Counted from the whole stretch's first letter, positions 12,642-24,853 are shown. The stretch is DNA of 63,880 nt, filler included, from Aduncisulcus paluster (GCA_024181965.1; 7 parts of 7 records of this genome joined end to end with filler, not necessarily neighbours in it); one strand, 5' to 3'. Numbers and translations are program-made. The notes: generated by a model not told the origin, from the letters alone.

Positions 12642-14441
12642 ATGAGCCAACCATCTGTTATAGTCACCGCCTTATCTGATATTGGTAGGTGTCCAAGAAT
12701 GTCATACCATGCATTATCCTTTGCAAATATTGGTTGTACTGTGGATTTTGTCGCAATGCAAGGATCTACGCCGCATAGAGAAGTATTATCACATCCTAAT
12801 ATTAGAATCCTCCTTGTTCCAAGAACAGGACAAGATTTACCATCTTTTTTATTTCCTATTAAGTTTATTTTGTTCTTTTTTACATATCTATACGTTCTAT
12901 TGTTTAAAACAAGAAAAGCAAAATTGATGATTGTTCAAACACCACCCGCAATACCTACACTAATAGTTTGTAAGCTTGTATGTTTGTTTAAATGGTGCAG
13001 ACTAATTGTCGATTTTCATAATATTGGATACACTCTTCGACAGTTAAAATCAGGCAAATTTTCATTTTCTAGCAAAATTTACAGGTTTCTCGAGACAATA
13101 TTTGCCAAGATATGTGCAGGATCCTGGAGGATTCCCCACATCTCTGGGAAATGTGCCTCTATCTGCGTATCAAATGAAATGAGAAGGTGGTTGTTTAATA
13201 ATTTCAAAATATCAGAATCAGTTGTTATGTATGACAGGCCCGGTGAACGTTTCAAGCCTCTTACTCGGGGTCAAAAGCAACATGTTATGAGGGAGAACCT
13301 TCGCTTTCTAATTGAAACCCCTCAATTATTCTTGAATTCTCACACTTTATCGTTTATTCCCAAGAAAGAAGAAGAGACAACGGTGACCACTGAGCCTTCT
13401 AGTTCTTCCCAGGTGACTGTTTTACCGACTCCAACTCTTCCTGCCGGCTTCGCAATTGATGTTACTCCTCCTCCTTCTCCAATTAGACCTGACACCAAGA
13501 AAGTTAAAGAGGAACATGTTGGACCAACTCCTGCCTGTGAAATTCCTGTTGTGATCCCTTTCAATCCCATTGTAGATACCCTCGCTATATGTAGTACCTC
13601 CTGGACTCCTGATGAAGATGTACTCCATCTTTTGGATGTTCTCGAACAACTTGACAAGGAACGATGCTCGAGCGAGTCTGTCCTTGCCTATTCGAAGAGG
13701 AAACCAATCCGTCCAACTCGGTTATCGTCAGACCTCAGTTCAGGGTTTGTGGCAAAGGAAGAGCGTTCCTCTGACATGTTCCGTTCCAGCAAAGATGGTA
13801 TCGAAAAGTTTTTGTCAACATCCGATATTCCTCGGTCTGTAGGTGTTCCTTCCTCTCCCTCATCAAAGAGAAAAGAGGGAAGACTTTCATTGACTTTTCC
13901 TCGGTCTCCCCTATCGCCGAGCATTCTCCAAGGCTCTTCCCCATCAAGGCTCTTCTTTATCTTCACTGGAAAAGGCCCACTTCTAACACCTGATGTTGTG
14001 GCCCGGATGTTAAAGATTTCAAGCACATCCGGACCCATTGTTGTGACCACGATGTTCTTGGCCCCCACTGATTATCCTCTTCTTATTGGGAGCTGTGATT
14101 TCGGTGTGAGTCCCCATTCCTCTTCCTCAGGGATTGATCTTCCCATGAAGGTACTTGACTATTTCGGCTGTGGACTTCCTGTGGTTCAATGTAGGTACAA
14201 AGCTATCTCTGAGCTTGTTCGCGATGGAGTTAATGGTTTATTGTACGATAAATCTGTCAAGGCTGAGAGTGGAGGAAGCAATTCTCTCTATGCTTGCGTG
14301 AAGAAAATGTGGCAATCATGCGATCTTCGGGAAGATTTTAGAAGAAATATCGTGATAGAATCGGAAGAAAAAGGTGGGTGGCAACGGGAATGGCTAAGAA
14401 AAATGTATCCTCTCGTCGCTGGCACACTTGGAAAACAATAA
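12642..14441 (+). CDS. ALG1: Chitobiosyldiphosphodolichol beta-1,4-mannosyltransferase
   Basis: DIGRCPRMSYHALS, QTPPAIPTL, DFHNIGYT, STSWTPDED, HSSSSGIDLPMKVLDYFGCGLPV. Two low-complexity insertions. Confidence 0.93.
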   Translation: MSQPSVIVTALSDIGRCPRMSYHALSFANIGCTVDFVAMQGSTPHREVLSHPNIRILLVPRTGQDLPSFLFPIKFILFFFTYLYVLLFKTRKAKLMIVQTPPAIPTLIVCKLVCLFKWCRLIVDFHNIGYTLRQLKSGKFSFSSKIYRFLETIFAKICAGSWRIPHISGKCASICVSNEMRRWLFNNFKISESVVMYDRPGERFKPLTRGQKQHVMRENLRFLIETPQLFLNSHTLSFIPKKEEETTVTTEPSSSSQVTVLPTPTLPAGFAIDVTPPPSPIRPDTKKVKEEHVGPTPACEIPVVIPFNPIVDTLAICSTSWTPDEDVLHLLDVLEQLDKERCSSESVLAYSKRKPIRPTRLSSDLSSGFVAKEERSSDMFRSSKDGIEKFLSTSDIPRSVGVPSSPSSKRKEGRLSLTFPRSPLSPSILQGSSPSRLFFIFTGKGPLLTPDVVARMLKISSTSGPIVVTTMFLAPTDYPLLIGSCDFGVSPHSSSSGIDLPMKVLDYFGCGLPVVQCRYKAISELVRDGVNGLLYDKSVKAESGGSNSLYACVKKMWQSCDLREDFRRNIVIESEEKGGWQREWLRKMYPLVAGTLGKQ

Positions 14442-14682
14442 TTTTACCATTGATCTATTTATATCCACATATATTGGTTCATTTTATCAATGAATTAACA
14501 TATTAATTCACTCATTTTTAATTATTATTTATATTTGTGTTTGTGAATTTTAAAATATTTTGCGCTTCGTTTCTGAGAACCTTCATATTTCCCTATTAGA
14601 TCTATCAATAAATGTATTTCAAATTACATCATTGAACCTCTGCTATATATACTAGACTATACTATACTACAACTATTATGTT

Positions 14683-17600
14683 CTACACTCCATTGAATGA
14701 TATTCTAAATGCATCAAGCTCCTTCTGAAAAAGCTCTACTTCTTCCCACTGATGTCTTTGGCACATCCACTCCTCTTCTCTTTTCCCGATCACCTTTTCA
14801 CCAACAGAATCCTCCCATTTGACCCTTCTCTCCTTCTTCTTTGGGCTTGTTGAAGGGGCAATCAAACTTAACGAACACTCAGACTCACATAAAGAGGAGA
14901 AATTCAAGTAATCTGAAAGAACGGGCTCTTCAATGGGGTTGACAAGGGAATCAACAGAAAGTGATGCTGAAGAATGGTGGAATTGGAATTGGAGAGGATC
15001 ATATTCTTCACCTGCGATAGAAACACACTCTGTCACATTGAATCCACTATTCTGTGCCGTTCCACAATAGCTTGATATCACATGGGAATCCCACATGGCT
15101 CTGATATCTTCATCGGTCAATATTGATTGCTTTGTCTCTTCCGTGACATCCCCACCAGTGCTTGCTTTTGCACCTGATTTCCAAAGATCCTCCACTCTGT
15201 TGAACAGACCTCCACCATGCTCTTTTACCAATTCACACAGATCTCCCCATATTCCGAGTGTATTTGGAGCCATTAGGACGATACAAAGTCTCTTGGCTCG
15301 TGTGAGTGCAACACACATTCTTCTGCGATCCATACAATGACTAGATTCATGAGCACGTGGATGAGTCAGAGAGAAAAGGATGATGTCTTTCTCTGAACCT
15401 TGGAATGAGTCCACTGTGCTCACAGACACACTGCCTGACTCTTGAACCTTTGAATGTAACGGTGAGGAGGATGTGACGGATTCCTGATGCTGTTTATGAT
15501 GGGAAGAACTCATTGAGAATTGTATCTTCTTGCCTGAGTTGACAGGAATTCCTTTGCGTTTAAGAACATCTCTAATACATTCGCATTGAGCGTTATAGGG
15601 AGATATGACTCCAATATCATTCAAATTGACTCCATTAGACACAAATAAAGAGATAATCATAGCAATATTGAAAGCCTCTGCCATTGACACTTGACTTGCA
15701 CGGACAATTGATGATATTCCGACAGATCCTGTGAGTTGAGGGTTGATATGCTTATCTCTAGAGCATTCTTCTTCTGAAGTTACATGGAGAACAATCATCC
15801 CACAGCCTCCACTCCAGGCCTGCTCTCTCTTGGTTCGGACACTCCAATGTGTCTTAACATTCCCAAAATAGAACAACTGAGAAGGAACAAATGATATCGA
15901 CGGATGTAATCGAAACTGAGTGTGAAGTTCAGTCAAAACATATGATGGCAACGATCTATGGCCATCAAACCCTCCTCTCTCCTCTTCGTGAGAACTTTCT
16001 TCTTTCTTCAACCCACGATCAGAGACTGTTGACCACTCCACAAGTCGATGCAAGACACTCTCACGCTCACATACAGAGATAGGAGGGAGTTGTCTGTCAT
16101 CTCCAACAAGCAGTAGAGTGGGCTCAATATATTGTGGTTGGGAATGACTACAAAGTAAAGAAGAGGAAGAGGTAGAAGAGGAAGAAGAGGAAGAGTCTCG
16201 GATGATAGAGTCTTCTGGTGTTTTATAAGAGTGTCCATCAGAATCAAGTGACTTGTTCTCCTTCTTCTTCATGAAAATCCTCATAAGGACACCAAGAAAC
16301 AGTTCTTCATTAATCTGTGAGGCTTCATCAATGATTATAAGGTCTGGCGTATAGGAATAGTAAGTATTATTCGAAAATATGGGAGAGAATAGCACAGCAT
16401 TGAGTGTCATTCCAATGACAAAGGGATAAGGATCAAGTTCATGTTCCATCCGGGTTCTTGAAACATCCTCAAGTTCAGCATTTGATATGTATGACGAGTG
16501 AATGTAATGCAAACACTCAGCGAGTCCTTGTGGTGACTCTATCCCACCCTTACTTTCCGAGCCAGTAGATGGAGTGTTATTCCATCCTCTAACTAACTTT
16601 GGGCTAATTCTGTCTATTCTTCCGCACCTCCACAAGTTCCACATCCATTTGCTCTTTTCCCCTTTTCCTCCAGGTTGCCCAGAATCAGAGGGAGAGGACG
16701 GGAGAGATTCGTTATCGGAATCACTGCTCTCACACGACACCAACCACTGAGCCACACGTTCACACACTTCGTCAACCCCACGATGAGTGAGGGAGAGCAC
16801 GAGGATATGGAGATTGGGATGTGAAGAATGTAATGCATGCACGATGGAGGAGAGCAGATGTGTCTTTCCACTTCCATAGACTCCTCGAAGCACGTGCACA
16901 GCTCCACTCTCAGGATTTGACGAGGATAAGGGATTTGACGAGGAAGATATGATAGATGGGTACGATAATGCCATCAATCTTCTATACAACTTTAAACACA
17001 CCCGTGTCTGCTCTTGTGTGAGAGTATTCTTCATGATAGATGCAAGGACCTTCTTGTATATGATTTCTAGATCATCATGACAATCCGAAATAGTAGATTC
17101 GCCAATCTCTGGCCTCTTTCTTGAAGAAGGAGATCGTGAAGGCGAGGAAGGACTCCGAATTGGGTCTATTTCATTATCATCGGAGCCATCCCAAAGATCA
17201 TCCCACTCGGCTTTATCTTGTTTCTCTTCCCTTCGAATCCTCCTCTTCTCAGATCTTACCCACTTCCTTGCATCTGATTCAGCACATCCACATGCAGCGC
17301 AAAGAAGGATGGGTGAGAGAGGAGGGGAAAGCAGGGAAATAAGAGAGGGGCTTCCAATGGACATGGTTCCTGCACAGTTCATTGAAGAACGAAGGGAGTA
17401 CAGACTCAGAAGCGAGAGAACGGGGCCACAAAGAGATGGAAGTGAGGACATTCTGCGAGATGTGAATGCTGAGAGCATTGTTGGACTCAAATAGGAAGAA
17501 GAGAAGACAAGAGAATTGGGATAAGGGGAAGAATATGAAGAGGAAGAGGAAGATGAATGGTTATTCGAGACGGATGAACTGTACTTGAATCCGTTCTTAA

Positions 17601-19219
17601 CAGTACCAACATCATTCACCTTTATATCCTCTTCATTTACACGCATTATCCATACTTTAAACTCTCTCTTCCTCTTTGACATCTCTGGAAGGGCTGTTAT
17701 AGCAATGGCACTCATTGTATATTCATATTCAAGCTCGTCGTCCTCATCATCATCTCCCTGGCCCCATTGCTTCCATCCAGCCCTTCTTCTTCTTCCATCT
17801 CATACTCTCCTTACTCCGACGCCATACACCGGCACATACGCACATGCACGTGTCATCAGAGGACGTGAACGATGGCCCACAACTCACAATGAAGACATCA
17901 CCGAGCTGTGGAGGCTGAGAGATAGGGGAAATGAATCCCATTGTTGCCAGAGTGGATGATAACGAAGGAGGAGAGATAGAAGGTGTGATAGATGTGAACG
18001 AGGATGGAAGAGAGAAAGAGATGAAGAAACGAGGAGTGAGAGGAGAGGAGAAAGGAGCAGAAGCTGCAACGGATGAAGAGATAGAATCCTTCTTGGGAAG
18101 TGACATCTCGGCTGGGAGTATCATAGGGAAGAAAGGCACACTCAGCAATGCAGAGAATAATTTAGGAGAGGATGTAGATGGGGACTGACCATAGGACTCC
18201 ACATTCCATTTGAAGTAGTGCTTCTGATGACGATCACGCTCCACCTCTGTCTCTACTAAGGCACAAAATGCACCCAATGCCTTGCAAATGCCAATACATA
18301 TGTCGCATGAAACTCTACTCGTTATTGATTTGATATAAGCCACCCAAGTGTAAGGGATGTCACAAGATGAAGAAGGAGTCTTGGAAGATGAGTCGGAACT
18401 CAAGAATGGTGGATTATATCGTGCAGGACGTGGAATATATGTCGATAACACGGATAAAAGAGGCAAAGAAGAGCGAGGTAAGGAGAAAGGAGGGAGGGAG
18501 GAATAGGAGGGCAGGGAGAGAGAGTCAGATTTAGATAGAACTTGATTACATAATATTTGAACCATTGGAAAGATGAGTTTAACGATACGATTAATTTTTT
18601 TCTTTTCTGGCATTGTTAATGAAGCAGCATCTCGTTGAGGGGAGTGAGGCTTAGTTTTGGGAACATATTTGGAATCAATACCCTTATCTTTGTCAATGCT
18701 ATGCTCATGGGTGGCTTTGGAAGGTTCTTTTTGCTGTGATGATGAGACAGTTGGAGCGTGGCGTTTTGGGAGAACCTCTTCAGATGTAATATTATCTTTA
18801 TGCTTTCGCCGTTTTTTCTTTCTTTTAGGTTCCGTTGCGATTGGTTGTATAGGTTTGGATTCTGTCACACTTTCCCGACAGGTTTCTTCAACAATTTCAA
18901 TTGTAATAAAATTCACTACAATGGTTTCTTCATCAATAATTTGTGAAATTTGTTTTGGAGTTATGGTGTCTGATACAATTATCTCACCATCTTCATCAGT
19001 TAATTTTATCTTGAAGAGAACAAAATATAATAACATAAACACCAAATATAACCAAAAGGGACCAAAAAACCAAATATTATAAATATTGACTCAAAAATTA
19101 TACAAACATACATGTTTTTTACCCTTTCTAAATTCAAGAACACCATCCAGCATCCTTTTTCGTTTCTTGGAAACTCTATCTTTGCTATATAAAACCTCAT
19201 AGGTAATTTTCTCATCCAT
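14683..19219 (-). CDS. ZGRF1-like protein: N-terminal DUF2439-like domain plus C-terminal SF1 (Upf1/DNA2-like) helicase; intron 19010-19111; one frameshift near 17760
   Basis: Spliced N-terminus YEVLYSKDRVSKKRKRMLDGVLEF..KH|IKLTDEDGEII fits DUF2439. Helicase motifs GVYGSGKT, IIIDEASQ, VGDDRQLPP, QFRLHP, ISPYNAQ, TVDSFQGSEKD, RMCVALTRAK. Confidence 0.8.
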
Positions 19220-19567
19220 ATTTAACAAAAATAGTGCGATAAACAAAATACGGAAGGAAAAATAAATACCTATGTTCTTCAAGATTATCAAATCCATGAA
19301 ATTCCGGAATAATCGAAATTACTTATAATAGTTAGCATTTCTCCTATATTTTTACTAAAAGAATAAACGTGAAATTCATTTCAATAAATCAGATCAAATA
19401 ATAATTTCAGATTCATCCCAATCACTGATTGCCCCTCTATCTTCTGAAATACATTTAATTTAGCAATATTATAAAATTAAACATTATTAAAGTGGATAGA
19501 TATTAAAAAACAATCCTCAAAATATCAGCTATTATTAAATCAGAACAGTAACCTACTTTTCAAAATT

Positions 19568-19730
19568 AGGAAGTGACACACACACACTTCCTTTCTTTCG
19601 CGAAGGAAACGTCATTTGAATAACTATCTATGGCCGATAAATATCCTACCTAACAGAACGCGATGAAATCGTTGGGCAGATAGTAGCAACCATCCAGAGT
19701 ATCATAGAAAGATAAGTATGTAAGGTTGCT
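19568..19730. ncRNA. Candidate structured non-coding RNA (four abutting hairpins), class unknown
   Basis: Stems AGGAAGTG/CACTTCCT, TTTCTTT/AAGGAAA, ACTATCT/AGATAGT and AGCAACC/GGTTGCT in a GC-richer intergenic island. AATTTTG follows on the minus strand. Confidence 0.3.
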
Positions 19731-19768
19731 CTTGAACCTTGATAGACTGAGATATTAAATATAAAATA

Positions 19769-20494
19769 CTATCTATTCAATAAATCTATGATAGTATCAT
19801 CTTCCCGATGTGAATCTCCCATTTTATCAGCCATTGATACAGAAAGGAGAGAATCTGCCATAGAACCAGATTTCCAACTGTGATGATGCAAATCATCATG
19901 GCTAGAACCTTGATTTGCCTCATCTTCTTCCTTTTTCACTTCTTTTTCTTCCTTCGAAGGCTCAATATCCACGAAATCCCTTGGTTCTTGGCTGTGTGGC
20001 ATTTGTATTGGCGATTGGTCGATTTCTATCTTATCTGGTTGAATATAATGCTCAACAACGATTCCGGCTGATTGAATCTGAGATGATCTTTTCGTTTTAG
20101 GCAGTCGACTATGCGAAAGAGGTGAATATGGAGGGGGAGGAGACGAGGGGATAGTTTGTCGATTCGTGGTAGTAGCCCGTGATGGAAACCTATGAGATAT
20201 TGGTTGATCTTCAATATCAAGAATTCTGGATGAAATTGAGAAAGAATGCGGAGGAACATAGAATTTGGGTATATTAGGTATCTCTGGTTTCGATTCAACT
20301 GGGGGTATTTCTTGTTTATCTTTAATCTCTTTAATTTCTATTTGTTTCTTCTGTTCCTTTTGAGATAATTGTTCTTCTAGTTCTTTAATTCTTTCCAAAA
20401 GTTCTTGATTCTTTTTCTCAGCAATACTGCATTGTTTTTGTAAATAAATGGAATAACACAAAAGTTCTTTGTTTTGTTTTTTTAATTTCTCCAT
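19769..20494 (-). CDS. Hypothetical protein with an N-terminal coiled coil and Pro/Ser-rich tail
   Basis: 241-aa ATG-initiated ORF with a heptad-like K/E/Q/L pattern at the N-terminus. Confidence 0.7.
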   Translation of the reverse strand: MEKLKKQNKELLCYSIYLQKQCSIAEKKNQELLERIKELEEQLSQKEQKKQIEIKEIKDKQEIPPVESKPEIPNIPKFYVPPHSFSISSRILDIEDQPISHRFPSRATTTNRQTIPSSPPPPYSPLSHSRLPKTKRSSQIQSAGIVVEHYIQPDKIEIDQSPIQMPHSQEPRDFVDIEPSKEEKEVKKEEDEANQGSSHDDLHHHSWKSGSMADSLLSVSMADKMGDSHREDDTIIDLLNR

Positions 20495-20690
20495 TTTTCA
20501 GGATGGAAATGTCAAGAAACACCAACCATTTCAAATTTTTAGTATAATTCAATATTACAGCTTTTTTCACACAATTTGACAAAATGAGATTATGTAAAAT
20601 GGTACACACTTGCGAAAACTAATATATAATTTTGTAATATTTCCCACAGCACTCTGGTGGAAGTTTTCGACATTTCTTGGCAACATCACA

Positions 20691-21416
20691 ATGAGAATTA
20701 GTATCTGTGCCTTAATTGTTTTTTTATCAATCATATCATATTGTTTTACTGAAGTTTCTTCAATTTCCCATGCTGTCCACGTTTTTGATTCAGAAGGTAT
20801 TTTGTCGATTAAAGATAAGGAATCTATTGGGGAATTAAATACCCAAGCTGTTTTAGCACACATAGCTCTTGAATCTACCGCAAGATCTTCACCATATTAT
20901 AGTCTTTTTGGAAAGATAGTTCGCAATTCAATTTCTCCTTCTCCTGCCTTGTTTGTTATCTGTGATAATGAAGAAAATCTCGGAAAATTGCACTCTTTGT
21001 TAAATTCTTCCCCTGTTTTATCTTTTTCAATCAACACTGAGAATGTCATTATGCCTAGAACTCTCTCAAATGAAATAGTTGTGGAATCATTCTCAAATTT
21101 GACTGAAAAACAATTATCTAACTACAAAGGTGTTGTTATTGGCATTTCTACTCATAGATATGATCCTAATCTTGTTCTATTCCAATCCCCCACCTCTGTC
21201 TCCAAACTGACAGCGGATATATCTGAGACATCCAGTTTGATTCAGACACAACTTACTATATGGGTTGTTTGTATCGTTACAGCTGTTATTATTCTTGGTG
21301 TTTACTATACTGCTCGTGATGATGACAAAGATCCCGAGCTTTACTCCATGGATAGTGGTGCTGACGATCTTCAATCTGTGAGTGGAGAACCATGGGAAAC
21401 TGACATCTCTCTGTGA
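20691..21416 (+). CDS. Type I membrane protein, possibly V-ATPase accessory ATP6AP2/(pro)renin-receptor-like
   Basis: Signal peptide MRISICALIVFLSIISYC. C-terminal QLTIWVVCIVTAVIILGVYY...DDDKDPELYS resembles the Renin_r TM plus D..D..LY tail. Confidence 0.55.
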   Translation: MRISICALIVFLSIISYCFTEVSSISHAVHVFDSEGILSIKDKESIGELNTQAVLAHIALESTARSSPYYSLFGKIVRNSISPSPALFVICDNEENLGKLHSLLNSSPVLSFSINTENVIMPRTLSNEIVVESFSNLTEKQLSNYKGVVIGISTHRYDPNLVLFQSPTSVSKLTADISETSSLIQTQLTIWVVCIVTAVIILGVYYTARDDDKDPELYSMDSGADDLQSVSGEPWETDISL

Positions 21417-21732
21417 TCTTTCTGTACGAGAAAGTGTCGTAATAATAATAATGATTTCTGATGAAGAGCTTTTTTAATAAGTAATAATAAATACATTCCA
21501 AAATTGATTTACTGTAAAAATTCAATTAGTATACATATGTATAGTCCTTAATAAAACGTCTACCAGAAAAAAATTTCTAATAGCCAAATTACAAAAATAT
21601 TTGGTTGTTGAAAACAATATTTTGCAATTTAAGAATACATTAAAGGTCTGGTTAGCATTAAAACTTCTGGAACTTTTGAAATAAAGGGTAAAACCCGCAA
21701 CAATAAAAAGACAGCAAGTTTGCAACAATCAA

Positions 21733-23633
21733 ATGAGAAAAATATGCTGCTATAGCAGGGACAAAACCCTTAAAGCTATTGGCAGAATTGATTGCCCTAT
21801 AATTATACTAAAATATCGAGATAAAGAATATAAATTGGAAGGTGCTGGTTCAGGAGTAGTAGCCCTTGCAATTAGCGGTAACAATTCCTTATTGGCATCA
21901 GTTTCAACAGATTTTTTCCTTACAATATTTGATTTAAAAGCTAGATCGGGCACTCCATCCGTTATATTGAGATCTAAAGCTTTCTCCCAAGATGTTTGGA
22001 CAGTTCAATTTTCGAATGTATCTCATTCTCGTTTATATACTTCTGGTATGGGACATATTAAATTTTGGCAAATTGCCAGAACTTTTACAGGTCAGAAACT
22101 CCAAGGTTCCGTTGGAAGGTTTGGTCGTTTAGAAATTTCTGATACAACGTGTCCTTGTGAGCTTCCTGATGGTACTGTCTTATCAGGAACTGAATTCGGT
22201 CAAATTATTGCTTGGAGGGACAACTTAGCTGAACTTTGTTTCTGTCATGACGCTCCAGGTATTTATCATACATTTAGATCCGCCGAAACTAATCCAAATG
22301 TTGTTCTTCCGCTTCATGATGGTGCTATTTCATGTGTTTATTTAGATAAAACAGGTCTTTTCCTGCGTAATAATGTTGAAGTACCCGAATCGTTTAAATC
22401 ACCTATGGATGAACTTTCTGTGAGTGATATTACCTCTAGAATGAAACAAGCATATTCCATGATCCACTCTCAGCTCAAGGACCACCCTTCACTCTCTCCC
22501 GACTATCATCTCCCCACTGCCTCTTCCGCCTCGCCTTCTTTCTTCCCCCCATGTGTGATTAGTGGAGGATCAGATGGATATATCAAAGTTTGGAGTATAT
22601 ATGAACTTCTCCAACATGAAGCCACTGGTAACACGCTGTACTATCCCATCCAACCCCTCCTGGCTATCTATGTTGGTGTCTCTGTGAGTACGATTGATTT
22701 CCCTGCCACATTCTACGTTGAGTCCTCCCCAGTTGGCCCCGAGAAGTTATTAATGGACACCGACTCTGAGGTTGCTCCCCATTGTATTATCGTGCACAGT
22801 TCTTCCGGTTCTGACGTCGTTGTTGACATTTTCGATAAGATCAGAGGGAATGCATGCAGAATCAAAGGAGGTCTTAGACCCGGAGAGTTTATTGAGAGAG
22901 AAGATCAGATCGAAGCCGAGAGGAAGAAGAAAAAGCTTCTTGAGGAACAGAAGTCCAAGAAATCAACCACAGCAACTCAAGAAGCAAGCCATGCTCCATC
23001 AAGTGCCCCAGACTCCTCCTCTCCTACATCTGAACAACCCCCCTGTGACCTGTGTGCTCCTCTTTCTCTGACTCCTTTGTTATTGACTAGTTCACACATG
23101 CTCTCGTATTCCTACTCCCATTCTGTGTCACATTCTCATTCTATCAGTCCATCGAGACTCTGTTATGGAAACAAAAAGGATGGACGTCTGGCTGTCCTTG
23201 ATCTCTCAGAGGATGAAAGGGCATGTGAGGGCATGTGGACCGATATGGAAGCCCAAATGAAGGAAAAGAAAATCCAACTCATTGAATCCAAGCAACGCAA
23301 GGAAGAGAAGAGAGCCACCAAGGAGAGTGGCAATTCTAAAGGTAAGAAGAAGAGCAAGAAGGATAAGGACTCGGCTCGTGACCATAGTGACAATACTGCA
23401 AGGGATTCTGATAAAATCGAAGTCGATGACACCCCACGTGTGATTGAACAAGAGTCTGCCCGTTCTATTCCCGTTGATTCCTCTGATTTCCTTCTATTCA
23501 ACCCAGATTACCCCTCAGAGATCCCTTTCCAAGTTCCCGAGATGCCAGACCCTGTGTTTGCCTCAATCTCTGACTCAACAACACATTTCCCTTTCCCCTT
23601 GACTCCACAGACCCCCACTCGCATGACTAGTCT
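21733..23633 (+). CDS. CFAP44: Cilia- and flagella-associated WD40 protein CFAP44/WDR52 (3' truncated, 5' end uncertain)
   Basis: ILRSKAFSQDV, TSGMGHIKFWQIARTFTGQKLQGSVGRFG and ELPDGTVLSGTEFG match the CFAP44 WD region. Confidence 0.85.
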
Positions 23634-23733
23634 NNNNNNNNNNNNNNNNNNNNNNNNNNNNNNNNNNNNNNNNNNNNTTAATTAATTAANNNNNNNNNNN
23701 NNNNNNNNNNNNNNNNNNNNNNNNNNNNNNNNN

Positions 23734-24590
23734 TCGGTCTTTCTTCCAGGGAGTTCACACCAGCCATGGTCCATGCTGTTTACAAGAACATGAAGTTCGA
23801 GCGTCGTTCTCCTTTTACTGTTGGTATTGTTGATGATCTCACTCACCTTTCTTTGACTCTCGACAATCACTTCCCTTCCACTGTTCCCGAGGGTACAACA
23901 GAATGTATGTTCTGGGGTGCCGGAGGAGATGGTACTGTTGGAGCTAACAAGGCTGCAATCAAAATCATTGGTAATGGAACTGATTTGTATGCTCAGGGTT
24001 ATTACAATTATGACAGTGTTAAGTCAGGTTCTGTGACCGTTTCTCACCTTAGATTCGGCCCATCCATTATTTTGTCTGAGTACCTTCTTCAACACGCTGA
24101 TTATGTTGCTTGTTCTCAGTTCTCTTACATCAAGAAGTTCGGAGCCAGGCTTCTGAAGGAGGCTGTTAAGGGTGCTAAGTTTGTTTTGAACACGAAATTC
24201 ACTGGAGATGAGCTCAAACAGCACCTTCCCCTCCCTGTTCGTCGTGAAATTGTTCGCAAGGAGATCCAATTCTACGTTGTCGATGCTGAAAAGATTTCCA
24301 CCAATGTTGGTCTTGCTGGTCGTTTCAATATGGTTATGCAGACTGTTTTCTTCAAGCTCTCTGGTATCTTGAGCCTTGTTGAAGCCATTCAGAAGTTGAA
24401 GACCTTCATCAAGAAGATCTATGGAAGAAAAGGTGACGATATCGTTAATGCCAACTACGAGTGTGTTGATCGTACCTTGGATGAAGGTGTAATCAAACAA
24501 ATTGAATATGATGACTCCTGGGTCTCTGATCTTACTGAGGCTGACAAGGATTTGGTTGATCATCAACCTTTAAAATATAATTTAAGATAA
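23734..24590 (+). CDS. PFOR: Pyruvate:ferredoxin oxidoreductase, internal fragment (domains II-III)
   Basis: GLSSREFTPAMV, FTVGIVDD, FWGAGGDGTVGANK, YAQGYYNYDSVKSGSVTVSHLRFG, RFNMVMQTVFF. Starts at the contig edge and stops before the ferredoxin and TPP domains. Confidence 0.92.
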
Positions 24591-24617
24591 TCCCAGTAAA
24601 ATACTTCCGAATATTTA

Positions 24618-24833
24618 TATGGTATTATATTGGTATTACCATTCCAAATAATGGTATTACCATGGTATTACCAAAATTATTACCACGGTATTACCAAAAT
24701 TATTACCAATAAAATACCATTATTTTTAGTAGTATTACCATGGTATTACCTATGGTATTACCAGATTAATACCATTGGTATTACCACAATAATACCATAG
24801 GTATTACCAATAAAATACCATTAAATTTAGTGG
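24618..24833. repeat. Degenerate ~10-11 bp satellite of near-palindromic TGGTATTACCA units
   Basis: Many GGTATTACC / ATTACCA / AATACCA units running into the 20-N gap. Confidence 0.9.
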
Positions 24834-24853
24834 NNNNNNNNNNNNNNNNNNNN

